A stretch of 64,000 nucleotides of DNA, taken from contig JAKQNG010000241.1 in assembly GCA_029565915.1 (NCBI GenBank), positions 6,356 through 70,355 on the forward strand. Direction: 5' to 3'. Shown here one piece after another: positions 28,034 through 37,077 of this stretch. How positions within the stretch are numbered: position 1 is the stretch's first letter; every line of letters begins with the position of its first letter. Both the position numbers and the translations under genes were made by a program. The notes beneath the pieces are model-generated. The model did no database searches, had not been told where the DNA came from, and was given only the letters and a program-made list of their open reading frames with translations. Source of the stretch: Deltaproteobacteria bacterium (lineage in GTDB: Bacteria; Myxococcota_A; Polyangia; JAAYKL01).

Positions 28034-29071
28034 ATGTATGCTCCTCCCATGTGTATCCTCCGGATCTCGTGCGTCGTCTTTGTCCTTCTCCTGTTTGCCG
28101 GCAGTCCTGCCCGCGCGGCCGAACGGGTGATCGTCGTTTCCGGGGTGGAATGCTGCAGCGACGACGCCTGGCCGGAAGCCGAGCAGAAGCTGGCCCGGGA
28201 GTTCCGACTGGAAGGATTTGACGTGGAGTTCCGCAGCGGCCGCAGCGTCTCACCCGAGGAACAGCGATCCGACCTGGAAGCGCTTCTCCGGGACGACAGT
28301 GTCCAGTGTGCCGTCCGGGTTTCCCTCGTCGAATCGGTGCAGGCGGACATCCAGCTCCAGATTGCAGACGGGACAACGGACTCCGTGCACCGGCGCCTGC
28401 GCATCCGGGACGTCTCATCGCCCGAATCCCCGGATGTCGCGGCCTACAAGACGCTGGAAGTGTTCCGCACAACGCTTTTCGAGTTGCGCGGTACGGCATC
28501 GCCCCTTCCCCTTCCTCCGCCACCTGCTCCCGTGTCCCCGGCACCCGGCACCTCCACCGATCGCTTCGCCGCAGGCGCCGGCATCGGCGGCCTGTTCTAT
28601 CCGACCAGCGCCCCCGCCCGGCTCGCCCCCTGCATTACCCTCGAATGGCGACCCGGTCCCGTCTCGGTACAAATCGAGGGGAGCTTCGGATTCATCGGTC
28701 GGGATCTCGAGAGCGACGTTCACACTGCCACTCTGGCCATCCATCACCTGCTGGCCCGGTCTGGCTGGACGATTCCCGCCCATCGCCGCTGGCGCCTGTT
28801 TCTGGGTGTCTTCGGAGGCGCCACATTCATCCGCAGCCGGGGTCACAGTACCGCGGATGTGCCGTTGCGGACCGAATCCACCGTCGTTGCCGCATTCGGC
28901 GCTTCGGTGCAGATGGAGTGGTCCGTCTGGAAACGCCTCTGCGTGAACGTCTTCCTCGACGGAGGCTTCCAGCTTCCGAGGACCACCGTCGAACTGGCCG
29001 GCACCCGGATCAGCACCTTCGGCGTGCCCCTGCTGCATCCCGGTATCCGGTTCACGCTGCTGATTCCCTGA
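28034..29071 (+). CDS. Hypothetical secreted protein; C-terminal half beta-rich (possible outer-membrane barrel)
   Basis: Signal peptide ..VVFVLLLFAGSPARAAE, a Pro-rich linker PLPLPPPPAPVSPAPG, then alternating hydrophobic beta-like segments. The function call is weak. Confidence 0.4.
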   Translation: MYAPPMCILRISCVVFVLLLFAGSPARAAERVIVVSGVECCSDDAWPEAEQKLAREFRLEGFDVEFRSGRSVSPEEQRSDLEALLRDDSVQCAVRVSLVESVQADIQLQIADGTTDSVHRRLRIRDVSSPESPDVAAYKTLEVFRTTLFELRGTASPLPLPPPPAPVSPAPGTSTDRFAAGAGIGGLFYPTSAPARLAPCITLEWRPGPVSVQIEGSFGFIGRDLESDVHTATLAIHHLLARSGWTIPAHRRWRLFLGVFGGATFIRSRGHSTADVPLRTESTVVAAFGASVQMEWSVWKRLCVNVFLDGGFQLPRTTVELAGTRISTFGVPLLHPGIRFTLLIP

Positions 29072-29161
29072 ACGGCATTGCTGGAAGTGATGTCCTGCGG
29101 TCCGGCGGGTTCACCTCCCGTTGTTTTGCGCCGGAGCGTTCAAGTGTGTATGATGCCTGTC

Positions 29162-29716
29162 ATGAAACGGCTGCTCCTCGTCACCGTTGCGCTGATCGCC
29201 CTCGCCGGCAGCCCAACCGCTTCCGCCCTTCATCCAAAAGGGACGCCCCCGCCGGGTGGGTGGAATCCGGACCTGGGGTTGACCTTCGGCGGCGGCGGTG
29301 CATGGTCCTTTTCGCCGGTGCTGAAACACGGATTCGTCCCTTCCCTGGAGGCATCGTTCTTCAAGCGCATCCGCAGGCCGCTGTCATTCTGGAGTTCTCT
29401 GCTCCTCCGCGTTCCCATTGCCGAAGGAGGCACCGGCTTCATTCCCGGCGTGGAAGCCGGTCTCAATCTGATGTTCTTCAACATCGGAGCCGGTTACGGC
29501 GTGGGAATCGGGGACAACCTGGCAGACCACCAGATGAACATCTTTGTCGGCGCCGGGCTTCCCCTGTACACCCGGAAGAAAAACCGCCTGTTTTACATGC
29601 AGGTATACTACCGTCCCATCTTCAACTTTGCGCAAGGTGAGATGTTCGTCTCCCACGAACTCGGCATTCTGTTCAAATGGATGATCATGTTCACAAGAAA
29701 GGAAAAGCTGCCGTGA
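29162..29716 (+). CDS. Hypothetical small secreted, Gly-rich, beta-barrel-like protein
   Basis: MKRLLLVTVALIALAGSPTASA signal peptide from ATG 29162, then Gly/aromatic-rich alternating segments. Confidence 0.4.
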   Translation: MKRLLLVTVALIALAGSPTASALHPKGTPPPGGWNPDLGLTFGGGGAWSFSPVLKHGFVPSLEASFFKRIRRPLSFWSSLLLRVPIAEGGTGFIPGVEAGLNLMFFNIGAGYGVGIGDNLADHQMNIFVGAGLPLYTRKKNRLFYMQVYYRPIFNFAQGEMFVSHELGILFKWMIMFTRKEKLP

Positions 29717-30327
29717 ATCGGGATTCGTCTCCCCTCCTCTTCTGCGCGGCTGTCCTCTTCATTGCCGTGGCCTGTCATCCGGCGGCGGCGTCCCCTTCCG
29801 GAAAGGCTACGGAGTGCCCCGTGTGCGATTGCCCCGCATGCGAATGTCCGATGTGCCCATCCACCACAAAGGAACCGGAATCCGTGTCACCATCCTTCGA
29901 TCGACGTCTCTGGACCGTCGTTCACGTGACCGACGGTGACACGATCATCGTTACCCAGCGACAACCCGACAACTGGGTGCGCAGGGAAAAGGTTCGCCTG
30001 CTGCAGATCAACACGCCGGAAAAGGGTCAACCACTGTACGACGAGGCCAGAGAAGCCCTGAAGGAAATGGTAAAAGGCGGTGAGGTGGCTCTGGAGTTCG
30101 CCCGGGCGGATGAAGAATCCCGCGACGGATATGGTCGATTGCTGGCAACTGTATTTGTCGAAGACACCAATCTGAATGTGACGCTGGTGCGCATGGGCAT
30201 GAGTGCTTACTGGACAAAGTACGGCAAGAGCAGAAAGTACGATGTCGCGTTCCGGACCGCAGAAGAAGAAGCCCGTGCTGCACGACGCGGGATCTGGCAG
30301 CTCACCCCCGGAACAGCATCAGAATAA
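29713..30327 (+). CDS. Thermonuclease (staphylococcal nuclease-like) with N-terminal signal/anchor and a (CPxC)3 motif
   Basis: VTDGDTIIV, VRLLQINTPE, YGRLLATVF, GMSAYW, ARRGIWQ. GTG 29713 overlaps the upstream stop (GTGA); an alternative start lies at 29677. Confidence 0.8.
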   Translation: MNRDSSPLLFCAAVLFIAVACHPAAASPSGKATECPVCDCPACECPMCPSTTKEPESVSPSFDRRLWTVVHVTDGDTIIVTQRQPDNWVRREKVRLLQINTPEKGQPLYDEAREALKEMVKGGEVALEFARADEESRDGYGRLLATVFVEDTNLNVTLVRMGMSAYWTKYGKSRKYDVAFRTAEEEARAARRGIWQLTPGTASE

Positions 30328-31201
30328 CCCCCGCCAGCACCCCGGTCAGCGGAATGGCCTTCCATCGCTTGAACTTCTCTTTGAACAGCACGCCTCCCAG
30401 CAGAAACGCCACAACCACAGAACTGCGCCGGACCACGGAAACCACCGACACAAGGGCCCCGTCGGTGGCAAGGGCCCGGAAGTACAGCATGTCCGCGGCA
30501 ATGAGCAGCACACCGATGAGCGGAATGCTCCACCGCCACGCGAACGGGGTTCCACGGCGGATGGCCTTCCGGAAGAAGAACATGACCGCACCGAACACCA
30601 CCACCAGATAAAGCGAAAACCAGACCTGAAGGGTTCCGGGGGGAATCTGCACCCGCTGGAGCAGCGCCTTGTCATACAGGGACGACATGGCTCCCGTGAT
30701 TGTGGCGACAAAGGCGAGCAGCACAAACCGGTTGTTCTGAAAGCGGATATCCTCTGCTTTTCCGATGACCGAAAAGACGTAGTAGGCCCCAAAGGTAACG
30801 CCGATGCCCAGCCACTGAAAGGACGACAGTCGTTCGGCGAACAGCACCACCGCGCCGAGAACGGTCCACACCGGTGCGGAAGATCGGATGGGCGACACAA
30901 TGGAAATGGGCAGGTGTTTCATGGCGAAGTAGACACAGATCCAGGACGTTGCCACCAGCAGTGCCTTGGCGAAAACAAGGACATGCTCCCGGAATGTCAA
31001 CAGCCCGACCCGCAGGCCGATGGACTCCATGCTTTCGGGAAAAACGAACGACAGAAACACGAGAGGGAGCACCGCGAGAAATCCCGCCACACTCGCGTAG
31101 AACAGAACAGGCAGCACCGCGTTTTTTTGCACGGACCATTTCTTGGCCACGTCGTAGAGTCCCAGCAGCAGTGCAGACAGCAGCGCGAGTTCAACCCACA
31201 T
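30302..31201 (-). CDS. EamA/DMT-family transporter
   Basis: 299 aa with ~10 hydrophobic helices in two EamA-like halves. Confidence 0.8.
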   Translation of the reverse strand: MWVELALLSALLLGLYDVAKKWSVQKNAVLPVLFYASVAGFLAVLPLVFLSFVFPESMESIGLRVGLLTFREHVLVFAKALLVATSWICVYFAMKHLPISIVSPIRSSAPVWTVLGAVVLFAERLSSFQWLGIGVTFGAYYVFSVIGKAEDIRFQNNRFVLLAFVATITGAMSSLYDKALLQRVQIPPGTLQVWFSLYLVVVFGAVMFFFRKAIRRGTPFAWRWSIPLIGVLLIAADMLYFRALATDGALVSVVSVVRRSSVVVAFLLGGVLFKEKFKRWKAIPLTGVLAGVILMLFRG

Positions 31202-31235
31202 GAAACGACGGTGTCACAGAAAAACGGGCAAAAAG

Positions 31236-32417
31236 CTACAGATAGTCGCCGGTGGACGTGGTGCGAGTACCATCCGAAAGGGTGAACGCCCGCTGTTTGT
31301 CCACGGTATAGGTAAAGACGGTGCCCGCGCCATCGGATGAAAACCGCACCTTTCCGCCGAGAATGGTTTCACCGAAATACTTCATGGAATACGTGCCGAG
31401 CCCCCTGCCCTTCCCTGTCTTTGTGCTGATGTTGCGCTGAAAGACCCGACCCGCGACTTCTGCGGGAATCTGCCCCTCATTCCACACCGAAAAGCTGATT
31501 TCGTCATCGCGGTTATCATATGAAATAATCACGTCTGCAGCATCCCCGGACGCCTCAAAGGCGTTGACAACCATGTTGTCCAGAATGCGCAGCAGCACGG
31601 AGCGATCCGTCTCAAAAACAATGGATGGCATGTCCACCGGAACGACGAGATTCTTTCCGTGGGCGGCGGGGTGGTTGTCAAACAGGGCCACCAGTTCTTC
31701 GACGACTTCCCTTGCGTCCACCGTATTCCACACGGGGCGATACTGATGTCCGGTGCTGTCCAGCAGGCACCGTTGAATGGCCATTTCCCGGGCGATTCGC
31801 TGGGAGCCTCGGGACAGTTTTTCTGCCAGTTCGTGATACTCTCCTTCGGACTGCAGCAGCATCATGTTGGAAATGGAAACGACACCCGCCAGAATGTTGT
31901 TCACGTCGTGAAAAAATGCCCGTTCCATGACCGCCCACTTCTGCTCGCCGCTCACATCCTGGATGAACAGGAGAAGATATCGATAGCCGTCCACCATCAC
32001 CGGAATGCAATGGACATCCAGGTACAGGTCGCTCCGCTCGTTGTTGCGGCGGATCTCAATGGCACACCGGCGGTGGGCGGGCTCGTTCTTCGTCAGGGTA
32101 GTGACAATGGCAATGGCCGCCCCGCACGAATCGCACAAGGGCCCGGTTCCGCAGCCGCCGGGCATGTCGTCCGCGTGGACACAGGAAAGGCACTCGCCGG
32201 GTCGCAATCCGAGCACGCCTTCCGGATCTTCAATACCGTAGCGCTGCGCCACCTCGTGATTCAGGGCGATAATCTGGCGATTCTCATTGAGAACCGCCAG
32301 CATGCCGCTCACGAGCTGCAGCAGACCGCCGGTCACCGGATGACGCAGCACGGCCTCGCTCTGCTTTGCGACCTGCGCGTCATCGCTGCGCTGTGCCGAC
32401 GCAAAATGGGTATCCAT
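31236..32417 (-). CDS. Cytoplasmic sensor histidine kinase with PAS-like domain carrying a 5-Cys cluster
   Basis: ATG 32417 after GGAGGAGG. PAS-like N-terminus with CLSCVHADDMPGGCGTGPLCDSC; H-box FFHDVNNIL; N-box DNMVVNAFEA; GRGLGTYS. No TM segment. Confidence 0.75.
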   Translation of the reverse strand: MDTHFASAQRSDDAQVAKQSEAVLRHPVTGGLLQLVSGMLAVLNENRQIIALNHEVAQRYGIEDPEGVLGLRPGECLSCVHADDMPGGCGTGPLCDSCGAAIAIVTTLTKNEPAHRRCAIEIRRNNERSDLYLDVHCIPVMVDGYRYLLLFIQDVSGEQKWAVMERAFFHDVNNILAGVVSISNMMLLQSEGEYHELAEKLSRGSQRIAREMAIQRCLLDSTGHQYRPVWNTVDAREVVEELVALFDNHPAAHGKNLVVPVDMPSIVFETDRSVLLRILDNMVVNAFEASGDAADVIISYDNRDDEISFSVWNEGQIPAEVAGRVFQRNISTKTGKGRGLGTYSMKYFGETILGGKVRFSSDGAGTVFTYTVDKQRAFTLSDGTRTTSTGDYL

Positions 32418-32555
32418 GGTGTCCTCCTCCCGTGTCGGGGAAACCGGATGCATCTGTGTGAATAAGGGAATGATAGCAGAAAAATCAGGCGCTGCCAGTG
32501 AGTCGTCATTGCAGCGGAAGCATCAACGGATGCCATCGCGTCTATGCAGAAGATG

Positions 32556-33440
32556 TCAGCGTTTCTGATCAACCCGTTCAAAAACTTCGAGAATGGTTTC
32601 GGCGGTATCCGGGCAGTAGCCGGGCTGTCGGGCCGCGAGGCGGACGGTGGCCTTTCCCATTTCCACATAAACGTGCTGCAAGTCCGGCCAGGGGGCCAGC
32701 ACCTTGACGTGATCGCCGACCACTCCCACATCGCCGCGCCGAACGGGGCCCGACAGGGAATGGTCAAGCCCCAGCGAGCGGGAACGGGAGATGGCGCTTT
32801 GTGCCAGGCCGAACAACAGGCCGTCGATGTCCCCCTCCGAGATACCCGAGTGGGAGAGGACATCCCGGGCTGAGGCCAGCAGTGCCACCACGTAGTTGCT
32901 GCCCATCACCATGGCCGCGTGGTAGATCGGTCGAAGCGACGGATCCACAAGAAGCACACGTCCCTTCATCAGCGACACGAGCTCCTGAACCATCTCGATA
33001 CCGGCGGGATTGCCTCCCACCGCGAAGTACACATTTTCGGGAATATCCGTGCACACTCTGGGCGGAAACACATGTGCCGGATGCATTGTTCCCATTCCCG
33101 CCACGTGGCCTTCCAGCACCGAAAAAACCCGGTAATTGAGATGCCCCGAACAGTGAATCCAGATCTGGTGGGGCGCGCAGAGTTCTTCTGCCTGCGCCTG
33201 CTGGGCAACCGTCGCGATGGCGTCGTCAGGGACCGTGACAATGACGGTCTGTGCATCCTTGATCATTTCGGGCAATGATCCGCCAAAACCCTTGACGCCG
33301 ATGCGCTCCGAAGCCGTCCGTGCCGCGCGGGCATCAATGTCGTAAATGCCCAGGATGTCCCGTCCCGCCCGATGCAGCGCCAGACCCAGCGAAGCCCCCA
33401 GTGCCCCACATCCGATGATGAATACTTTTTTTGGCATCAT
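32556..33440 (-). CDS. NAD(P)-binding Rossmann-fold protein (ProC/DUF2520-like oxidoreductase)
   Basis: KVFIIGCGALGASLGLAL dinucleotide-binding motif. The ATGATG start overlaps the nadD stop (ATGA). Confidence 0.55.
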   Translation of the reverse strand: MMPKKVFIIGCGALGASLGLALHRAGRDILGIYDIDARAARTASERIGVKGFGGSLPEMIKDAQTVIVTVPDDAIATVAQQAQAEELCAPHQIWIHCSGHLNYRVFSVLEGHVAGMGTMHPAHVFPPRVCTDIPENVYFAVGGNPAGIEMVQELVSLMKGRVLLVDPSLRPIYHAAMVMGSNYVVALLASARDVLSHSGISEGDIDGLLFGLAQSAISRSRSLGLDHSLSGPVRRGDVGVVGDHVKVLAPWPDLQHVYVEMGKATVRLAARQPGYCPDTAETILEVFERVDQKR

Positions 33441-33988
33441 TCTACTCCGTACAGTCGGTTGATAACGATATAGTCTCGAACCTTTTCGCACAGCAGATCC
33501 GCGGGGATTTGTCCTTGTGCAAGCTGCCTGCGGATGTCGCTCGAACTGACCTCCACGGGTGCCGCCAGCATGTCCGGTCCATTCACCGGCACACCGCGGC
33601 GACCCACATAAAGGGGCGGTGCCATCTTTTTCACCTCGTCAAACTGATACCATCGATCCGTTTCCAGACAGACGTCGGCACCGAGCAGCAGCCGCCACCG
33701 ACCGTCGGGAATCTCCGTTCGCAGGGCCCGCAGCATCAGCAGGGTGCGACCTCCCGTGTCGATGCGCCCTTCGATGTCGCTGACGTCCATATCCGGCTCG
33801 CCGCAAACGAGACGGCGGCACATTTCCAGACGGTGGATATAATTTTCCATGGGTTTACCGAACGCATGGACGGCACAGGGAACGAACAGCACCCTGGAAA
33901 CAGCACCCGCTGCCAGTGCAGCACGGGCGACGCCCAGATGGCCCGGATGCGGAGGGTTGAAGGATCCGCCGAGGATGCCCAGGGTCAT
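33437..33988 (-). CDS. nadD: Nicotinate-nucleotide adenylyltransferase
   Basis: Internal start MTLGILGGSFNPPHPGHL (GxFxPxHxGH motif); ..VSSSDIR. The longer 33437..34240 ORF overlaps the upstream gene and lacks support. Confidence 0.85.
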   Translation of the reverse strand: MTLGILGGSFNPPHPGHLGVARAALAAGAVSRVLFVPCAVHAFGKPMENYIHRLEMCRRLVCGEPDMDVSDIEGRIDTGGRTLLMLRALRTEIPDGRWRLLLGADVCLETDRWYQFDEVKKMAPPLYVGRRGVPVNGPDMLAAPVEVSSSDIRRQLAQGQIPADLLCEKVRDYIVINRLYGVE

Positions 33989-34016
33989 TCGCGGGAAAGG
34001 ACGGACCGGAAACCGC

Positions 34017-37000
34017 CTATGACACCGGATATGCGGAGCGTCCCCGCGCGTTCCACCATTCGACGCATCGCCTCTGGATTTCCTTTCGCAGGTTGAAGTC
34101 GTAGGGAGGCGGCGGCCACTCCACCTCATCGCCGGGAATCTGCCGCAGTTCGCCCATGGCCATGCGGCGGATGTTTTCATTCTTGTGGGTGAGGGCCTCG
34201 ATGGCCCACTCGATCCGATGGTGGTCCCGGCTCTCGGCAAACCAGCTCATCCATTTGCGCTCGGAAAAACCAAAGTCGTTGAAGGTAATCCGCACAAGGG
34301 CTCTCTGGCATCGCTCCGCCAGAACGCCATCCACTGAACCCAGCATGCTGGCCAGGGGTGCGATGGCGGCCGTATCCCGCAACTCGCCGAGGATTTCCGC
34401 GGCCAGGCGACGCTTTTCGAGAGGGGTACTGTCCCCCGCCAGCACCATTGCCACTTCCGCAATGGCCTGCCGGTATTCCCGGCGTCCCGTATATTCCCGC
34501 ATGATGTCGATGGCGACGGCGCGAATCTGCCGATCATTGTCGAACAGGCGGTTCACCAGCGCGGGAAGCACTTCGGCGGTGCCGATCTCCGAAAACAGGA
34601 ACGTGGCATAAAAGCGGATTTCCGAATCGAAGCTTTCGAGCAGGGGCAGCACATAGGGCACAGCCCGCTGTTCGAACAGCGAGAGTGTCCGCAGCACGGG
34701 TCCGTGATAGGACACGGCCGGCAGACGGGTCATTTCCTGAAATCGATCGCACAGGAGCGGTCCGGGAAAATGAGCAATCAGCTGGGCGATGGCGGCCTCG
34801 CCTCCGTCCAGAATGCGGCGCACGATGCCATCGTCGACCCGGCCGTTCAACAGCTCGAGGACCAGTGCTTCCAGATCCGCCTGTTCCCTTCCGGAGGATT
34901 GCCCGTCCGCCCGCTGCTGCAGGGGAATCGGTGCCGGTTGTGGAGGAACACTCGTCGCCTCTACCGGGTTGGCGGCAGAAGAAACAGGACGATTGAGGGG
35001 AATCGGCGCGGGGGGTCGGGATGGTTTCCGGCTCAGGTCGTCCACCGCGGGATATCGGTTCGTCGACTGAGCCTCCGGCGGCGGCGTGCTGGTGCGTCGA
35101 TGCATCCGCTCTTCGCGTTTTTCCACGTGCATGTAGACACCCGCCGTCTCCGGCCGCGGTGCCGGGCGAACCGTGACTTCCGATTTTTTTTCTTCGGAGG
35201 GAGGCGGCGCAGACGCCGGGGCCGGCCGCAGCAACACCGGGGCCGCAGCCGTCACCGGCATCAGAGGAACCTGCGCTTTTCTGGACGATTCCACACCGAA
35301 GCGCAGGGTCGTGTCCTCCCTCGTCGCGCTGGCATGGGGGTCCGCTGCCCCGGGTGGCGACGCAGGCGGCGGTTCATCGATCAACTCCACCACGGACGGT
35401 GGGGCCGGTTCGGGGATCAATTCCACCACGGGTTCCGGCACCGGTTCGGGGATCAACTCCAACACAGGTTCCGGCGCCGGTTCGGGGATCAACTCCACCA
35501 CAGGTTCCGGCACCGGTTCAGGTGCGGGAGGCACTGCGGGTTCCGGCATCGGCACCGGTTCAGTGGCCAGCTGGGTCCACGCAGAGAAATCCCGCTTCTT
35601 CTTCCGCTCCATGACCGTCGCATCCACCCGGATGGCCCGTTCGGCATCCGGCGGGACCGATGCCGTTCCGGATTTTTCGGATGCGGCAAAACTCGCGTAT
35701 TTGCGGGCCATGAGGATCCGTTCGAACGCGGCACTGACGGCAGACGAAAACGCCATCAGCTTCTCCACACGATTCGCCCGGACCCCTCGATGCGCACTGT
35801 CTCCGTAGAACAGGAGGATGACCCTCTTTTTCAGGATGACGGGAATCGCCGCTGCATTCAGGGGAACATCCCGGCCGAGCTGATTGAGCACATCCATGCC
35901 GGTGGTATCTTCCATGGCGCCGATCTGTTCGCGCTGACTCGTCACACAGGCCTGGAACAGCCCGCCCTGATTGAGCGGAATGCTGACTGCAGCCGCATCC
36001 ACGGGCTCTTCACCGCGAAAACCGGCCAGGCGGCCGGAGGCCGTGTCCCCCGTGACCACCGCCAGCATGGAAAACTCGAACGCCTGATGGGCAAATCGAT
36101 AAAAAATATCGATAATCTCATCTCTCTCCTTCGCCGTTTCGAGCAACGCCATGGCCTGGGAATACGTGAGCGCGCTCTTTGAGGCCGGAATCACCGAAAC
36201 TGTCTGCGGCACGGCCGAATCCCTCCGAGGGGACGCCGGAGGCGCCAACAGTTCTGTCGAATCCCGCTGCGCCAAAGGAGGCACCTGCAGTCCTTCCATG
36301 GTCGGTTCGTCGTTCTCCACAGGAACCACTGCCGGCGCGGCCACCGAAACGACCGGGGACTCCGACTGAGGCGGCGGCGTACTGCCCGAAAAGATCTTCC
36401 GTGTGGATTCGCCGCGGACCGCGGGTTTTCCCGATTCCACGAACAACGGCGCCCCGGACGCGCCGCCCGTTGACACTGGTGTCGCAACAGCCGCGACAGA
36501 TACTGCCGGTGCCGCAGTGACCACTGCCGCCGGTGCCAGCTTTTTCTGCAGCGCCGCCATGCGGGCGGGCATGCTCGTACCGAAATGCCGCGACAGCATC
36601 ATGGCCATGCGGAATTCCAGCACCAGGCAGTATTCCAGGGGGCAACCCGCTTCGGCCGAGACCTTCGCCGTCACGTCCACCGGCACCGGTCCCGTCACCG
36701 CCACCAGCAGTCCCTGGTCCCTTCGGTGGAGGGGCATCATCCGGTGGGCGACAGCGGTATCCTTTGAAATCAACGCGATCGCTTCATCATCGATATTGTC
36801 GAAGAATTCGGCCGGTGCGGCGGGCATGTCGTTCACCTTTGCCACATACCGCGCGAGCACATCTTCGCGCAGAAGTCCCTGTTCCAGCAGATTGGTGGCC
36901 AGATCGCCGCCCAGAATCACCTGCCGCTGCAGGGTCTGCTCGATCTGCGTGACACTCAGAACCTGATCCTGAACAAGAAGTGAACTCAATCCGCCCATGG

Positions 37001-37037
37001 GAGCGAAATCATATCCAACAACGCGGAATCTTTCCAC
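34017..37037 (-). CDS. Large multidomain protein: T2SSE_N/MshEN-like N-terminus, low-complexity region, GAF-like region, PEPV tandem repeats, C-terminal HEAT repeats
   Basis: N-terminus GLSSLLVQDQVLSVTQIEQTLQRQ-VILGG-DLATNLLEQGLLREDVLARYVAKV. Repeats PEPVPEPVVELIPEPAPEPVLELIPEPVPEPVVELIPEPAPPSVVELI. HEAT-like units (DSEIRFYATFLFSEIGTAEVLPALVNRLFDNDRQIRAVAIDIM, KRRLAAEILGELRDTAAIAPLASML). Start (GTG 37037 or ATG 36998) is uncertain. Confidence 0.65.
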   Translation of the reverse strand: MERFRVVGYDFAPMGGLSSLLVQDQVLSVTQIEQTLQRQVILGGDLATNLLEQGLLREDVLARYVAKVNDMPAAPAEFFDNIDDEAIALISKDTAVAHRMMPLHRRDQGLLVAVTGPVPVDVTAKVSAEAGCPLEYCLVLEFRMAMMLSRHFGTSMPARMAALQKKLAPAAVVTAAPAVSVAAVATPVSTGGASGAPLFVESGKPAVRGESTRKIFSGSTPPPQSESPVVSVAAPAVVPVENDEPTMEGLQVPPLAQRDSTELLAPPASPRRDSAVPQTVSVIPASKSALTYSQAMALLETAKERDEIIDIFYRFAHQAFEFSMLAVVTGDTASGRLAGFRGEEPVDAAAVSIPLNQGGLFQACVTSQREQIGAMEDTTGMDVLNQLGRDVPLNAAAIPVILKKRVILLFYGDSAHRGVRANRVEKLMAFSSAVSAAFERILMARKYASFAASEKSGTASVPPDAERAIRVDATVMERKKKRDFSAWTQLATEPVPMPEPAVPPAPEPVPEPVVELIPEPAPEPVLELIPEPVPEPVVELIPEPAPPSVVELIDEPPPASPPGAADPHASATREDTTLRFGVESSRKAQVPLMPVTAAAPVLLRPAPASAPPPSEEKKSEVTVRPAPRPETAGVYMHVEKREERMHRRTSTPPPEAQSTNRYPAVDDLSRKPSRPPAPIPLNRPVSSAANPVEATSVPPQPAPIPLQQRADGQSSGREQADLEALVLELLNGRVDDGIVRRILDGGEAAIAQLIAHFPGPLLCDRFQEMTRLPAVSYHGPVLRTLSLFEQRAVPYVLPLLESFDSEIRFYATFLFSEIGTAEVLPALVNRLFDNDRQIRAVAIDIMREYTGRREYRQAIAEVAMVLAGDSTPLEKRRLAAEILGELRDTAAIAPLASMLGSVDGVLAERCQRALVRITFNDFGFSERKWMSWFAESRDHHRIEWAIEALTHKNENIRRMAMGELRQIPGDEVEWPPPPYDFNLRKEIQRRCVEWWNARGRSAYPVS
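35374..35525 (-). repeat. About 3.5 tandem copies of a ~42-nt in-frame repeat (encodes the PEPVPEPVVELI units)
   Basis: ggttcggggatcaaYtccaMcacRggttccggcRcc recurs at 35408, 35450 and 35492. Confidence 0.85.
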
Positions 37038-37077
37038 TTGTAACTTGAATATGTAACCCGAACAGGTTCGCCGGGGA

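Noticed and set aside
32124-32192. Heme-c attachment site (CXXCH) in the PAS kinase
   Set aside because: The sequence is C-L-S-C-V-H, so the His is one residue too far. The protein also has no signal peptide for periplasmic heme ligation.
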